This document shows positions 9,406-18,912 of a stretch of 64,000 bases of DNA, piece by piece (position 1 is the stretch's first letter; every line of letters begins with the position of its first letter). A program made the position numbers and the translations under genes. This DNA comes from an uncultured Trueperaceae bacterium (lineage in GTDB: Bacteria > Deinococcota > Deinococci > Deinococcales > Trueperaceae): positions 1 through 64,000 of the forward strand of contig CAWFFU010000011.1 in the NCBI GenBank assembly GCA_963815215.1, written 5' to 3'. The notes below the pieces were generated by a model. The model worked only from the letters and a program-made list of their open reading frames with translations, was not told the origin of the DNA and made no database searches.

Positions 9406-9969
9406 CTAACGCGCGACGGCGCTGCGCAGCTCGTCCGCCGCAGCGCGCACGAGGTCGGGCAGCGCCGCCTCGCCGCCGCCCTCGGTCCAGCGAGCGAAGG
9501 CGGACTTGAAGGCGGCGATCGCCGCCTCCGCCGTCAAGGTGGCCGTGGGTTCGGCCACCCCGCGCTCGCGCAACGCGTCGGCGAGCGTCGCCGCCATGCC
9601 GGCGAGTTTGATCAACTCGCGCTCCTGAAGCTCGGGGCTGGACGCGATGACGGCCTGGCGCTGACAAGCGAACGCGCGCCGCTCGTGAAAGGACACTGCC
9701 GCACCCGCCAGCGCTTCGACGGCGACCTCGATCGGGGGCGACGAAGGAGCCGCCTGCCCGACGCTCGCAACGACTGCGTCGGTCAACGTTCGCGAACCCG
9801 AGAAGAGGACCTCGCGCTTGTCCGTGAAGTACCGGAAGAACGTGCGCTCCGTGAGGCCGGCGCGTTCCGCGATCTCGGCCACCGTGGTGCTCTCGTAACC
9901 GTGCTCCGCGAACAGGTCCAGCGCGGCCTTCGCCAGGCGCCCACGTGCGTTGGGTTGCCAACGGCCCAC
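9406..9969 (-). CDS. TetR-family regulator (probably leaderless)
   Basis: GRWQPNARGRLAKAALDLFAEHGYESTTVAEIAERAGLTERTFFRYF; TATACT 6 nt before GTG. Confidence 0.9.
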   Translation of the reverse strand: MGRWQPNARGRLAKAALDLFAEHGYESTTVAEIAERAGLTERTFFRYFTDKREVLFSGSRTLTDAVVASVGQAAPSSPPIEVAVEALAGAAVSFHERRAFACQRQAVIASSPELQERELIKLAGMAATLADALRERGVAEPTATLTAEAAIAAFKSAFARWTEGGGEAALPDLVRAAADELRSAVAR

Positions 9970-9989
9970 GGTCCGAGTATACACAGCGG

Positions 9990-10037
9990 TTGACAGTTCC
10001 TGACATCACGAGTACAGTCCACGTCAGCCACTGACGT
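9990..10037. promoter_or_regulatory. Two TetR-type operators
   Basis: GACAG-TTC-CTGAC (9992-10004) and perfect ACGTCAG-CCA-CTGACGT (10021-10037). Confidence 0.55.
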
Positions 10038-10189
10038 CATAGGGTCCGGTCGGACTCCGGTCGTCGGTGCGTTCGACCACCTGGCACGTCCACGCTCCTT
10101 ACGCTCCCGAGGACCCCGTCCCCAGCTCGAAGGAGCCGCATGCCCCAACCGCTCCAGGCCGGCTGCGCCGGCCCGACCCCGTCCACGCG

Positions 10190-10969
10190 CTTCCTCCCGG
10201 TGATCGCCGCGGGCGTCCCCCTCTACGGCCGGGTGTCCGACGTCTGGGGGGTGCGGCGCGACTTCGCTCTGTCCCTCCCGCTGTTCGCTCTCGGGAGCCT
10301 GGCCTGCGCGCTCGCCCCCAGCCTCGGGCTGCTGGTGGCGAGCCGGATGCTGCAAGGGGTGGGCGCGGCCGGCATCCCGGCCATCGCCACCGTCGCCGTA
10401 GCGAAGCTGCTGCCGCCCGGCCAGCGGGGAGCGGCCTCCCGCCGCAGCAGGTCAACGAGCGGCGCAGCTTCGACCTGCCCGGCGGCCTGCTCATCGGCGC
10501 GGCCGCCGGCCTCACGCTCCTCGGGCTGACGAACCTGCAGGGCTACGGTGCAGCAGCTCCGGCCACCTGGGGCAGCTTCGCCGGAGCGGTCGTGGCCGCC
10601 GCGGGGTTCGCGGCCCGCATCCGTGCCGCGCACGATCCGGTCGTACCTCCCGCCCTGTTCCGCAACCGCGCCTACATGGCGAGCCTCCTCACCGCGTTCC
10701 TCACCATGACGGCGTACCTCTCCCTCCTCGTGTTCGTGCCGCTGCTCCTGGTGGAGGCTGGCGGCCTGAGCTCCGCCCAGGCCGGACTCGTGCTCATGCC
10801 GGGCGCTCTCGTGATGGCGCTCGTCTCGCCCCGCGCCGGCCGGCTCTCGGACCGGATGGGGCCGCGACCGCTCATCGTGACCGGGCTCGCCCTGCTCGCC
10901 GGGCGGATCGTCGCCCAGGGCCCGGCCGCGAATCCCCTGTACCGCCTTGCCGACCCCGTAAGACCCTAG
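10190..10969 (+). pseudogene. 14-TMS DHA2-type MFS efflux pump remnant
   Basis: PLYGRVSDVWG...RMLQGVGAA in one frame, FDLPGGLL...PALFRNR...GRLSDRMGPR in another; N-terminus, middle and C-terminus missing. Confidence 0.75.
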
Positions 10970-10975
10970 ACTGGG

Positions 10976-11209
10976 CTACGCCAGCCCAGGCGCTCTCCGC
11001 CATCGCTGCAACGATCCCTTGAGACGAAGGGAACAACTCCACCGCCTCCTCAGGAGCGTCAGCATGATCGCCGCGAGGACGAAGGCAGCGACTGGGATCG
11101 CGCGGATCGCGTCGGACAGCACCACGTCGAGCGGTGAGCCCGCATTGACCAACACGAACACCAGCCCGAACGAGGCGCCGATGTACCCTGCAACGAGATT
11201 CTGAGCCAT
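10976..11209 (-). pseudogene. Truncated paralogue of the 12740-13330 membrane protein
   Basis: QNLVAGYIGASFGLVFVLVNAGSPLD versus QNVLAGVIGGGFGLDFVIPNAGAPLD. Confidence 0.6.
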
Positions 11210-11588
11210 TCCGCAAACCCCCGCCAGCCGACGCCGGTACGCGTTCCCTCGGCCACGGCCGCTCGGCTACGGAGTCCCTCCCATCATCCAGTACCCTTGA
11301 CTGCTCCTGAGAACGCGGATCTGACCGCTCCTGCGGTGACCCTGCACGAGTGACGGTGCGTCCGAGCACTCGCACACATTGTGTTCCTGCCGACGTTGCC
11401 CGCCTGCGCTGCGGCGGCACGGCCGCGACCCCGAGCTGGAACGACCGCCGTCACTAGCGCAGACCGAACCCGGTCGCAACTCGCGCGCCGTCGCCCCGGA
11501 CGGGCGGTGCCTCCGAACCGCAACGCCAAGCGCAGGCCGCGACTCGCGCCGGTGCGTGCGGACCGGCCTGCGGCGGCACCAGCAGGAG

Positions 11589-11634
11589 TTGACTTAACTA
11601 ATGCTATTCGTATATAACCTATGTAGCTTAGGTT
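11589..11634 (+). promoter_or_regulatory. sigma70-type promoter with overlapping operator
   Basis: AT-rich patch; TTGACT (11589) and TATAAC (11613); inverted repeat AACCTA-N7-TAGGTT at 11616-11634. Confidence 0.65.
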
Positions 11635-11673
11635 GTGGTTGTTCCAACCGCAGCCGCGCGTAGGAGGAGAGCC

Positions 11674-11811
11674 ATGAACACCGCCCACACCATCGCCAGT
11701 CTGTACCGGTTCCAGGATTTCTGTCAGCGGGCCGCGGCCCGCGCGGAGCGGCGGCACGCCCGTCGTGCACGAAGCGCGCAGCGCACCGCCACGAAGGGAA
11801 CCCGCGCATGA
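11674..11811 (+). CDS. Small basic protein (45 aa)
   Basis: AGGAGGAG RBS; MNTAHTIASLYRFQDFCQRAAARAERRHARRARSAQRTATKGTRA*; ATGA overlap with the next gene. Confidence 0.6.
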   Translation: MNTAHTIASLYRFQDFCQRAAARAERRHARRARSAQRTATKGTRA

Positions 11812-12521
11812 CCACCGGACACTTCGCCCTCGCCGCAGGAAGCAAGCCCTCCGCAAGGACCGCGCCCCTGTGGGCCTTGATGATCGCCACCTACCTCATG
11901 GACATCCTGTTCATGGGGCTCGTCTCGTTCGGCGTCGAGAGCTTCGCGCCGATGAACCCCGCTCACCCCGCCTACGGTCAGGTCATCATCCATGCCTACT
12001 ACACGCACTCGCTCGTCGGCGCGCTCATCATCGCCGCCGCTGCCGGCCTGTTAGGCGCGCGCTTCTGGGGCCGGAACGGCGGCCTCGCCATCGGCATCGT
12101 CACCTTCTCCCACTGGATCCTCGACCTCGTCGTGCACCGCGGCGACCTGCCGCTCCTGCCCGGCAACCTCGGCCACCTGCCCATGCTCGGCTTCGGGCTC
12201 TGGAATCACCCAGCCGTCACCATCGCGCTCGAGCTCGCGCTCGTCGTCGCAGGTTCCATCCTCTACTACCGGGGCGTGATGCGCCTCAGCGGCCACGAAG
12301 CCGGCGCCCGCACCCGCGCCTTGACGGCCGCCGGCGTCACCGCCCTCCTGCTCGTTCTGCTGCTGCTCTCCGACGCGCTCGCCCTGCCTATGACGACCAG
12401 CCTCACGCTGATGCTGCTGCTGGTCACGCTGTCAGGCTGGCTCGACGGGCGCATCGCCCCCACCACGGCCGCGGCCGCGCGGCGCAAGGTGCGCGCCGCG
12501 TCCGCCGCTCCGCGCAGCTAG
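11808..12521 (+). CDS. Membrane-bound metal-dependent hydrolase-like protein
   Basis: GHF..., D, YTHSL, SHWILDLVVH motifs in a multi-TM protein. Confidence 0.7.
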   Translation: MTTGHFALAAGSKPSARTAPLWALMIATYLMDILFMGLVSFGVESFAPMNPAHPAYGQVIIHAYYTHSLVGALIIAAAAGLLGARFWGRNGGLAIGIVTFSHWILDLVVHRGDLPLLPGNLGHLPMLGFGLWNHPAVTIALELALVVAGSILYYRGVMRLSGHEAGARTRALTAAGVTALLLVLLLLSDALALPMTTSLTLMLLLVTLSGWLDGRIAPTTAAAARRKVRAASAAPRS

Positions 12522-12526
12522 GGCCT

Positions 12527-12560
12527 GCTGCGGTGGGGGTGCAAGTACCCCCACCGCAGC
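12527..12560. terminator. 14-bp hairpin
   Basis: GCTGCGGTGGGGGT-GCAAGT-ACCCCCACCGCAGC directly after the stop codon. Confidence 0.5.
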
Positions 12561-12601
12561 GCCAGAAGAAGAGAACCCCGAAAACGTTTGGAGGTTCACC
12601 C

Positions 12602-12736
12602 ATGAGTCACAACATGGAACTCGGTAATCGGTACAGCTGCCAGGAGTTACTTCGCCGCGCGCAGCAGCGGCGCAATCGTCCGCAAGCCACGGGTTGGATG
12701 GGGCGCCTACGCGCGTTCCTCGGTCGGGAGGCCTGA
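12602..12736 (+). CDS. Small basic protein (44 aa)
   Basis: GGAGG RBS; MSHNMELGNRYSCQELLRRAQQRRNRPQATGWMGRLRAFLGREA*; ends 3 nt before the next ATG. Confidence 0.6.
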   Translation: MSHNMELGNRYSCQELLRRAQQRRNRPQATGWMGRLRAFLGREA

Positions 12737-12739
12737 GTC

Positions 12740-13330
12740 ATGAAGAGGGTTCAGAACGTTCTCGCGGGGGTGATCGGCGGCGGCTTCGGTCTCGACTTCG
12801 TCATCCCCAACGCCGGCGCGCCACTGGATCCTGCGCTGATCGCAATCGTCCGCGTCACCGCCCTGGCGGCCTTCATCGCGCTGCTGGCCGTGATCACCCT
12901 CTCCTGGAAGCGTTCCCGCCGCCAGCCTGCGAGCCCCGCAAGGCAGCGCAACCTCTTCGGCCGGCGTTACTGGTGGATCGTCCTTGTCGAGTTCGGCCTG
13001 ATCATCGCCGGCAGGAACGCGATTATGGCCCTCCACATCCCCGTTGAGGCGACGGTGGCGTGGACCGCCCTCGTCGTCGGCGCGCACTTTCTGGCTTTCG
13101 TAAGGTTCGGGGTGTGGGACGCCCGCGTCCGCGTCCTCGGGAGTACCCTGGTCGCCCTGGGAGCGCTCGGGCTGGTCCTTGTGCCGACCCCGGCAGTGTC
13201 GTGGGTCCCTGACGTGACCGGCGTGCTCTCCGGCTTCGCACTTCTCATCGGCAGCCTGAGCTGGACCCTCAAGGACCTGGCGCGCACCTTCACCTGCGCC
13301 CGTGGATTCTCGAGATCACCCTCCACGTGA
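12740..13330 (+). CDS. Hypothetical multi-TM membrane protein
   Basis: About 6 hydrophobic segments, VVGAHFLAF motif; RBS GGAGG. Confidence 0.75.
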   Translation: MKRVQNVLAGVIGGGFGLDFVIPNAGAPLDPALIAIVRVTALAAFIALLAVITLSWKRSRRQPASPARQRNLFGRRYWWIVLVEFGLIIAGRNAIMALHIPVEATVAWTALVVGAHFLAFVRFGVWDARVRVLGSTLVALGALGLVLVPTPAVSWVPDVTGVLSGFALLIGSLSWTLKDLARTFTCARGFSRSPST

Positions 13331-13361
13331 CCCACTGAGAGGCGAAGAACAGGAGGCTCCC

Positions 13362-13826
13362 ATGCGTGAAGTCGAACCGATGCAAAGCAGCCATTCGTTG
13401 GACGCCCCGACCGCAGAATCGAGACCCGCTGCCGACACCACGTCGCGACCCGCGGCACACTCCGAACTCACGCCTCTCGTGACGCTCAACATCGCGCTCC
13501 GCGGTCTCCTGGAGTTCGGCATCGTGCTCGCCCTCGGCATCTGGGGCTACCACACCGGATCGAGCGTCGCGACGAAGCTCCTGCTCGCCATCGGTGCTCC
13601 CATCGTGGGCTTCGGCTTCTGGGGCGCCGTCGACTTCCACCAGGCGGGACGCCTCGCCGAACCGCTCCGGCTGCTCCAGGAGCTCGCGATCAGCGCGCTG
13701 GCTGGTATCGCTCTGTTCGCCGCCGGCCTACCGATATGGGGACTCGCCCTCATCGCGCTGTCGGCCATCCACCACGTACTCGTCTACGCGCTCGGTCAGC
13801 GGCTGATCAAGGACCGGAAGGCATAG
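13362..13826 (+). CDS. YrdB/DUF2568-like membrane protein
   Basis: NIALRGLLEFGIVLALGIWG...GAPIVGFGFWGA...PLRLLQELAI; RBS AGGAGG. Confidence 0.75.
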   Translation: MREVEPMQSSHSLDAPTAESRPAADTTSRPAAHSELTPLVTLNIALRGLLEFGIVLALGIWGYHTGSSVATKLLLAIGAPIVGFGFWGAVDFHQAGRLAEPLRLLQELAISALAGIALFAAGLPIWGLALIALSAIHHVLVYALGQRLIKDRKA

Positions 13827-13894
13827 CGCCAGACCAGGACCGGAACGCGCCCTCCCGCTCGGCCGGGACGACCGCACAGAAAGGGACCTTCGAC

Positions 13895-14185
13895 ATGGCG
13901 GTAACCCTCGTGAACCGATTCCACGTCCATAGCGGCGACATCGACGCGTTCGCCAGAATCTGGACCGACATCGCGAAGTACATGCAGAAGCAGGACGGCT
14001 TCGTCAACACGCGCTTCTCGCGCTCGCTCGAAGACCCTACCGACTTCGTCAACGTGGCCATCTGGGACGACGAGGCCTCGTTCCGCAGGGCGCTCGCCCG
14101 CGAGGAGTTCCGGCGGCTCTCGCAGCCGCTCGCGGAGCTCGCGACGTCCGCCCCTGAGCTGTTCGAGACCGTGTACGCGTCGTAG
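13895..14185 (+). CDS. Antibiotic-biosynthesis-monooxygenase (ABM) family protein
   Basis: VTLVNRFHV...YMQKQDGFVNTRFSRSL...FVNVAIWDDEASF. Confidence 0.8.
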   Translation: MAVTLVNRFHVHSGDIDAFARIWTDIAKYMQKQDGFVNTRFSRSLEDPTDFVNVAIWDDEASFRRALAREEFRRLSQPLAELATSAPELFETVYAS

Positions 14186-14227
14186 TCGCCGTTCGCGCGC
14201 CGCCCTCTCGACCCCGAAGGAGGCTCC

Positions 14228-15046
14228 ATGAGCGCCTACCTGCCCGTCATCAGAATCGCAGCCGCACTCGCCCTCTACCTCCTCGTCGCCATGGGCTCGA
14301 TGTTGCTCGTCAAGTCCATCGGAGGCGACCTCCGCCGGATGGAGAGGCGCGGACAGAACATCATGGCCGTCCTCGGGATCGTGGCGAACCTCGTCATCCT
14401 CCTGGGCGTGCTGGCGCTCTCCGGGCTCGGCGGCGGACCGTCCTGGACGAGCTTCGGAGTCGGCTTCGGTCAACGCGAGATGCTCGCCGCTCTCGCAACC
14501 GGCATCCTCACCGTGCTCCTGGGTATCGGGTACGTCCAGCTCCTCGGAACCGCCAGGGTCGTCACCGTCGAGCCCGTGCCTGGCCGTGTCACGGCCGGCG
14601 CATGGACCCAACTGGCCCTCGCCGCCGTAACACTGCTCATCGTGGCCGCACAGGAAGAAGCCCTCTACCGCGGACTCCTGTCGGCCAACCTGGCTTCGCT
14701 GGGGACGCTGGCCGTCGTGCTCCTCACGACCGCGATCTTCACCGCGATCCACCTACCCACGAACCGTTCGGGGCCGGCCCAGCTGACGAGCTGGGTACTG
14801 GGAGGGCTCCTGCTCGTCCTGGTGTACCTCATCAGCGGATCGATCTGGGTCGCGATCGCCGTCCACCTCGCCACCGACCTGACCAACGTCCTCGCCTTCA
14901 ACGTCACGGGTACAGCGACCCTGTGGACGTTCAAGACCCCGCTCACCGCATGGCACCGCACCCTGTTCAGGTTGGGCCAGGGTGCGGCAGTCCTCGCGGC
15001 TCTGGTCTTGGGGTTCGGCGCCCACCTCGCCCTTCCGGGGTCTTGA
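14228..15046 (+). CDS. CPBP (CAAX/Abi) intramembrane metalloprotease
   Basis: EEALYRG, FTAIH, SGSIWVAIAVHLATD motifs. Confidence 0.88.
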   Translation: MSAYLPVIRIAAALALYLLVAMGSMLLVKSIGGDLRRMERRGQNIMAVLGIVANLVILLGVLALSGLGGGPSWTSFGVGFGQREMLAALATGILTVLLGIGYVQLLGTARVVTVEPVPGRVTAGAWTQLALAAVTLLIVAAQEEALYRGLLSANLASLGTLAVVLLTTAIFTAIHLPTNRSGPAQLTSWVLGGLLLVLVYLISGSIWVAIAVHLATDLTNVLAFNVTGTATLWTFKTPLTAWHRTLFRLGQGAAVLAALVLGFGAHLALPGS

Positions 15047-15212
15047 CGGTGGCCGCAGGGGGGGTGGCTAGCGCGGCATCGGTCCGAGTCCTACACGCCC
15101 TGGACTAGGATGGAGCTCCGCCGGGTGCGGTCGTTCTCGTCCCCAGCGCCTCGACGGACCGGTCTTCGGACTCCCGGCGACCGGGCGCGCTGAAGTAGAA
15201 GGGAGCCTTTAG

Positions 15213-15815
15213 ATGCGCATCTTCGTGGCCGGTGCGAGCGGCGTGATCGGCTCGCGACTCGTTCCGCTACTCGTGAAGGCAGGCCACTCCGTGGCCGGGA
15301 TGACCCGCTCGAGCGCGAAGGTGCAGGCGCTGCGGGCAATGGGCGCGACGCCCATCCTGTGCGACGTCTACGACGCCCCAGCCTTACAAACAGCGCTGGA
15401 AACGTACCGTCCCGACGCGGTCGTCCACCAGCTCACCGACTTGCCGGACGATGCGTCGCTCATCCCGGCACGCTCCGAGGCCAACAACCGCATGCGCCGC
15501 GAGGGCACGGCCAACCTCATCGCGGCCGCCCGCGCCGCAGGGGCGCAGCGTCTTCTAGCGCAGAGCGTCGCCTGGCCCCTGCCCGCCACTGGCGCCGCCG
15601 CCGTTGAGGAGCTGGAACGGGCCGTGCTCGCCGTGGGCGGCGTCGTCCTGCGCTACGGCCGTCTCTACGGCCCCGGCACCTACTACGACGGCAGCTTGCC
15701 ACCACTCCCCAGGATCCACGTGGAGGAGGCGGCCCGCCACACCGTGGCCGCGCTCGATGCGCCCTCGGGCGTGATCGCCGTGACCGAGGACCGGCCACCA
15801 GCAGGCGACCGCTGA
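15213..15815 (+). CDS. NAD-dependent epimerase/dehydratase (atypical SDR)
   Basis: IFVAGASGVIG, HQLTDL, LRYGRLYGPGT. Confidence 0.85.
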   Translation: MRIFVAGASGVIGSRLVPLLVKAGHSVAGMTRSSAKVQALRAMGATPILCDVYDAPALQTALETYRPDAVVHQLTDLPDDASLIPARSEANNRMRREGTANLIAAARAAGAQRLLAQSVAWPLPATGAAAVEELERAVLAVGGVVLRYGRLYGPGTYYDGSLPPLPRIHVEEAARHTVAALDAPSGVIAVTEDRPPAGDR

Positions 15816-16004
15816 GCGCCGCGGCGCGCCAACGAGCGCTGTCCCGCTCTCGAGTGAGCGTGCGACAAGAGCCCTGGGCTCAAGAGGTCGCTGTAACACT
15901 GCATGAAGGTCGCCCCGGCCGAGGGACAGGCTACCGGCTCGACTCCGGAAGGCTCCTCCACGGTACACACGACGCTCCCGCACTCGCGCCGAGTCCGGTG
16001 GCGG

Positions 16005-17078
16005 CTACGCTCGCAGCAACCCGAACGCCTTCAGCACCGTCAGCGCCCGATAGGTGATCCACGGGTCGTCATCGCCCTTCACGCCACGATCGGCCCACAT
16101 CTTGCCGTTCAGACCGCCGACCTGCTTCCAACGGCCACCGGCCGTTCGCTTATGGAGCAATAGCTCCAGGCCGCGATCGATGACCTCGTCGCGCTCGACG
16201 CCGGCCATCGCCAGCACCCGCAACACTTCCAGCAGATCGGCGTCATAGCTGTGCGGGAAGCTGAACCGCAACCAGCCCGTCTTGTCGGTGCGCGGCTCCA
16301 GCCGCCCCTCCGCCGCCCACTCGGCCTTCAGCACGCGCGCCTCCGCCGCCGCCATGCCCTTGCTGGCGGCCTGGAACGCCTTGCTCTGGACCGGTGGATA
16401 GCGGTAGAGCTCGACCCCCTTCAGGACCTCGACACCGTCGGCGATCACCTGCGTCTCGGCTTCGGTTCGCTCCGCCGCCGGGACGGTGAGCAGGCCCTTG
16501 AGCACCTCGGGCACGGTCATGATGCAGCCCGGCAGCAGGGAGCGGTCGACCACCATGCAATCGAAGCCCCAACCCGGGCGGTGGAGATGCACCAAGGTTG
16601 CCCGCGCGCCCCGCGTCACCTCGTGGTCGGCCAGCCCGTAGCGCGCCAGCACCGTCATCATGCGGGCCGTCAGGCAGGCGATCGGGTAGATCCAGTAGAC
16701 CGCCTGCGCACCCTTGAGCGGCGCCACCGCGCGCCGTTGGATGCGTGCGGAGGGCCTGGCCTCGGACAGAAGGTAGGCCAAGCCTTCTGCCGCAACCCGG
16801 TGATCGGCCGGCAGGCCCATCTCGGAGAGGTGCGCCAACGTCCACGTCGCGCCGCGGTACTTCTGATAGGGTCCACGCTCCCAGACCTCACCGCTGATCC
16901 AGCCGTCCAGCGCCGCGCGTACGAAGGCTTGCCGAGGGATCGCGCGCCTGGCTTCGACCACCTCCGGATCGTTCGGCGACCGGTCGAGCAGATCGGTGAG
17001 CACCTTCGCCCTCAAGGCGGGATCGGCTGGATCGAGCAGCCACGCGAGCGTGGGCGGGTCCAGGACAGCCGGCTCCAT
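16005..17078 (-). CDS. Terpenoid cyclase/prenyltransferase-like alpha-alpha toroid protein of unknown function
   Basis: WLLDPADPALR, YQKYRGATWTL, FSFPHSYDADLLEVL, KRTAGGRW, PWITYRAL; CATAAT 6 nt before ATG. Confidence 0.6.
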   Translation of the reverse strand: MEPAVLDPPTLAWLLDPADPALRAKVLTDLLDRSPNDPEVVEARRAIPRQAFVRAALDGWISGEVWERGPYQKYRGATWTLAHLSEMGLPADHRVAAEGLAYLLSEARPSARIQRRAVAPLKGAQAVYWIYPIACLTARMMTVLARYGLADHEVTRGARATLVHLHRPGWGFDCMVVDRSLLPGCIMTVPEVLKGLLTVPAAERTEAETQVIADGVEVLKGVELYRYPPVQSKAFQAASKGMAAAEARVLKAEWAAEGRLEPRTDKTGWLRFSFPHSYDADLLEVLRVLAMAGVERDEVIDRGLELLLHKRTAGGRWKQVGGLNGKMWADRGVKGDDDPWITYRALTVLKAFGLLRA

Positions 17079-17626
17079 GAAGCGATTATGCTCCGGGAGT
17101 CACGACGTATGGTCCGAGACCGTACACGGTTGCAGGTAGGGCTCACGCCCGAGAGTTCGCACGCTGCGAAGCGGCACCAAGACCTGGCCCGTGCCGCGCC
17201 CGCCGTCCACCCTCACCACCTCCGTCGCCCTACCTGATCCCGGGAACCCTCTGCGGTGCCGTTCCCGCTAACGCTGGCACGGAGCCGATCCGGGCGCTAC
17301 GGCAGCGAACGCGACGTCCAGCCTTGGCGGGCCCTCGAACGAGCCGATGGCTGCGCATGTCAACCGACCGCGCCGGGAGGGCATTGGCTGGACGAGCGCT
17401 GGCAGCGAGCACCCGAGAACGGCAACTGGGCCTCGCCCGGGGAACCCGTCGACGGCGCCCGATGCCCTCCGATCGGGACGGGCCCATCGATACATCGAAC
17501 GGGCGCCCCACCGAGGCGAACAGCAACCAGGAGTCTGTACCTTGATGGTAGACCTTGGCTCTTCGCGTAGAGCGCGCGCTGTCACACGTCGCGCTGCAGC
17601 CCGAACGCCGGCGGCTAGACTGGCCC

Positions 17627-18616
17627 ATGCCGAAGGCCCGCGTCTTCATCACCCGCCGCCTCCCCGAGGCCGGACTGGCCCCCCTGCGCGAAGCGGACGT
17701 CGACATCGACATGCGTGACGCCGACGATCCCATCGATCGCGAAGGATTGCTGGCCGGAGTCCGGGGCGCCGGCGCCGTCGTCACCCTGCTGACCGACCGC
17801 GTCGATGCGTCCTTCCTGGAAGCTGCCGGGGACGATCTTCGCGTCGTGGCCAACTACGCTGTCGGCTACGACAACATCGACGTGGCCGCCTGTTCGGCGC
17901 GCGGGATCGCGGTCGCCAACACGCCCGACGTGTTGACCGAGGCGACCGCCGATCACGCCTTCGCGCTGCTGCTCGGCGTCGCTCGACGCCTGCGTGAGGG
18001 CCATGCACTCGTCGCGTCCGGCGACTGGTCCGGCTGGCAGCCGCTCCAGCTCCTGGGACGAGAGGTGGGGGGAGCCACGCTCGGCATCGTCGGTATGGGC
18101 CGTATCGGGCGGGCGGTAGCCAGACGTGCTCTCGGATTCGGGATGCGCGTGCTGTACCACAACCGGCACCGCGACCCGCAGGCGGAACGGGAGTTGGGCG
18201 CGCGCCACGCCGACCTCGAAGAGCTGCTCTCCGCCAGCGACATGGTCAGTTTGCACGTTCCGCTCACCGAAGCGACGCGCCATCTCATCGATGCCACCGC
18301 GCTGGCACGCATGAAGCCGGGCGCCATCCTGGTGAACACCGCCCGCGGCCCCGTCGTCGACGAGGCCGCACTCGTCGACGCGTTGCGCAGCGGGGTGCTG
18401 TGGGGGGCGGGGCTCGATGTCTTCGAGCGCGAGCCTGCGATCCATGCGGGCTTGCGTGCGCTGTCCAATGTAGTCCTGGCGCCCCACACGGGCTCGGCCA
18501 CCGAAGGGGCTCGCACGGCGATGGCGCGACTCTGCGCGGAGGCCACGGTCGCCGTGCTCTCGGGACGGAAGGCCCCGAACCTGCTGAACGCGAGTGCGGT
18601 GCCGGACGGCCCCTAG
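17627..18616 (+). CDS. D-2-hydroxyacid dehydrogenase (glyoxylate/hydroxypyruvate reductase type)
   Basis: AVGYDNID, NTPDVLTEATAD, GMGRIG, NTARG, LDVFERE, APHTGSAT; TAGACT 5 nt before ATG. Confidence 0.9.
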   Translation: MPKARVFITRRLPEAGLAPLREADVDIDMRDADDPIDREGLLAGVRGAGAVVTLLTDRVDASFLEAAGDDLRVVANYAVGYDNIDVAACSARGIAVANTPDVLTEATADHAFALLLGVARRLREGHALVASGDWSGWQPLQLLGREVGGATLGIVGMGRIGRAVARRALGFGMRVLYHNRHRDPQAERELGARHADLEELLSASDMVSLHVPLTEATRHLIDATALARMKPGAILVNTARGPVVDEAALVDALRSGVLWGAGLDVFEREPAIHAGLRALSNVVLAPHTGSATEGARTAMARLCAEATVAVLSGRKAPNLLNASAVPDGP

Positions 18617-18912
18617 CGACCGACGCTGCCAGCCCGCCGCAGCGCGCTTCGGTATCCCATCCTCCCGATCCTGGCCCCGGCCCACCTCACTCGAGCCATC
18701 GAACGCTCGTCGTCCAACGCCTCCGCGGTAGGTGTCCCCGACCGGAGCGGATCGCGGACCCCGATGGTACAGTTGTCCGTCATGAAACAGAGATCGCCGG
18801 GGAGGATGCCACGATGGGTACTTGTGCCGCTGCCACGGAGCAGCACTCCGTGCGGTGCCGCACATCACGCACCGAGGTCGATGAACGCCGCCATGATCCG
18901 AGGCAACGCGCG

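Noticed and set aside
14228..15046. Abi phage-defence system
   Set aside because: Ordinary CPBP protease motifs with no defence context.
17090..17600. Short ORFs between the cyclase-like gene and the dehydrogenase
   Set aside because: No RBS, no recognisable motif, atypical composition; I cannot exclude a decayed remnant.
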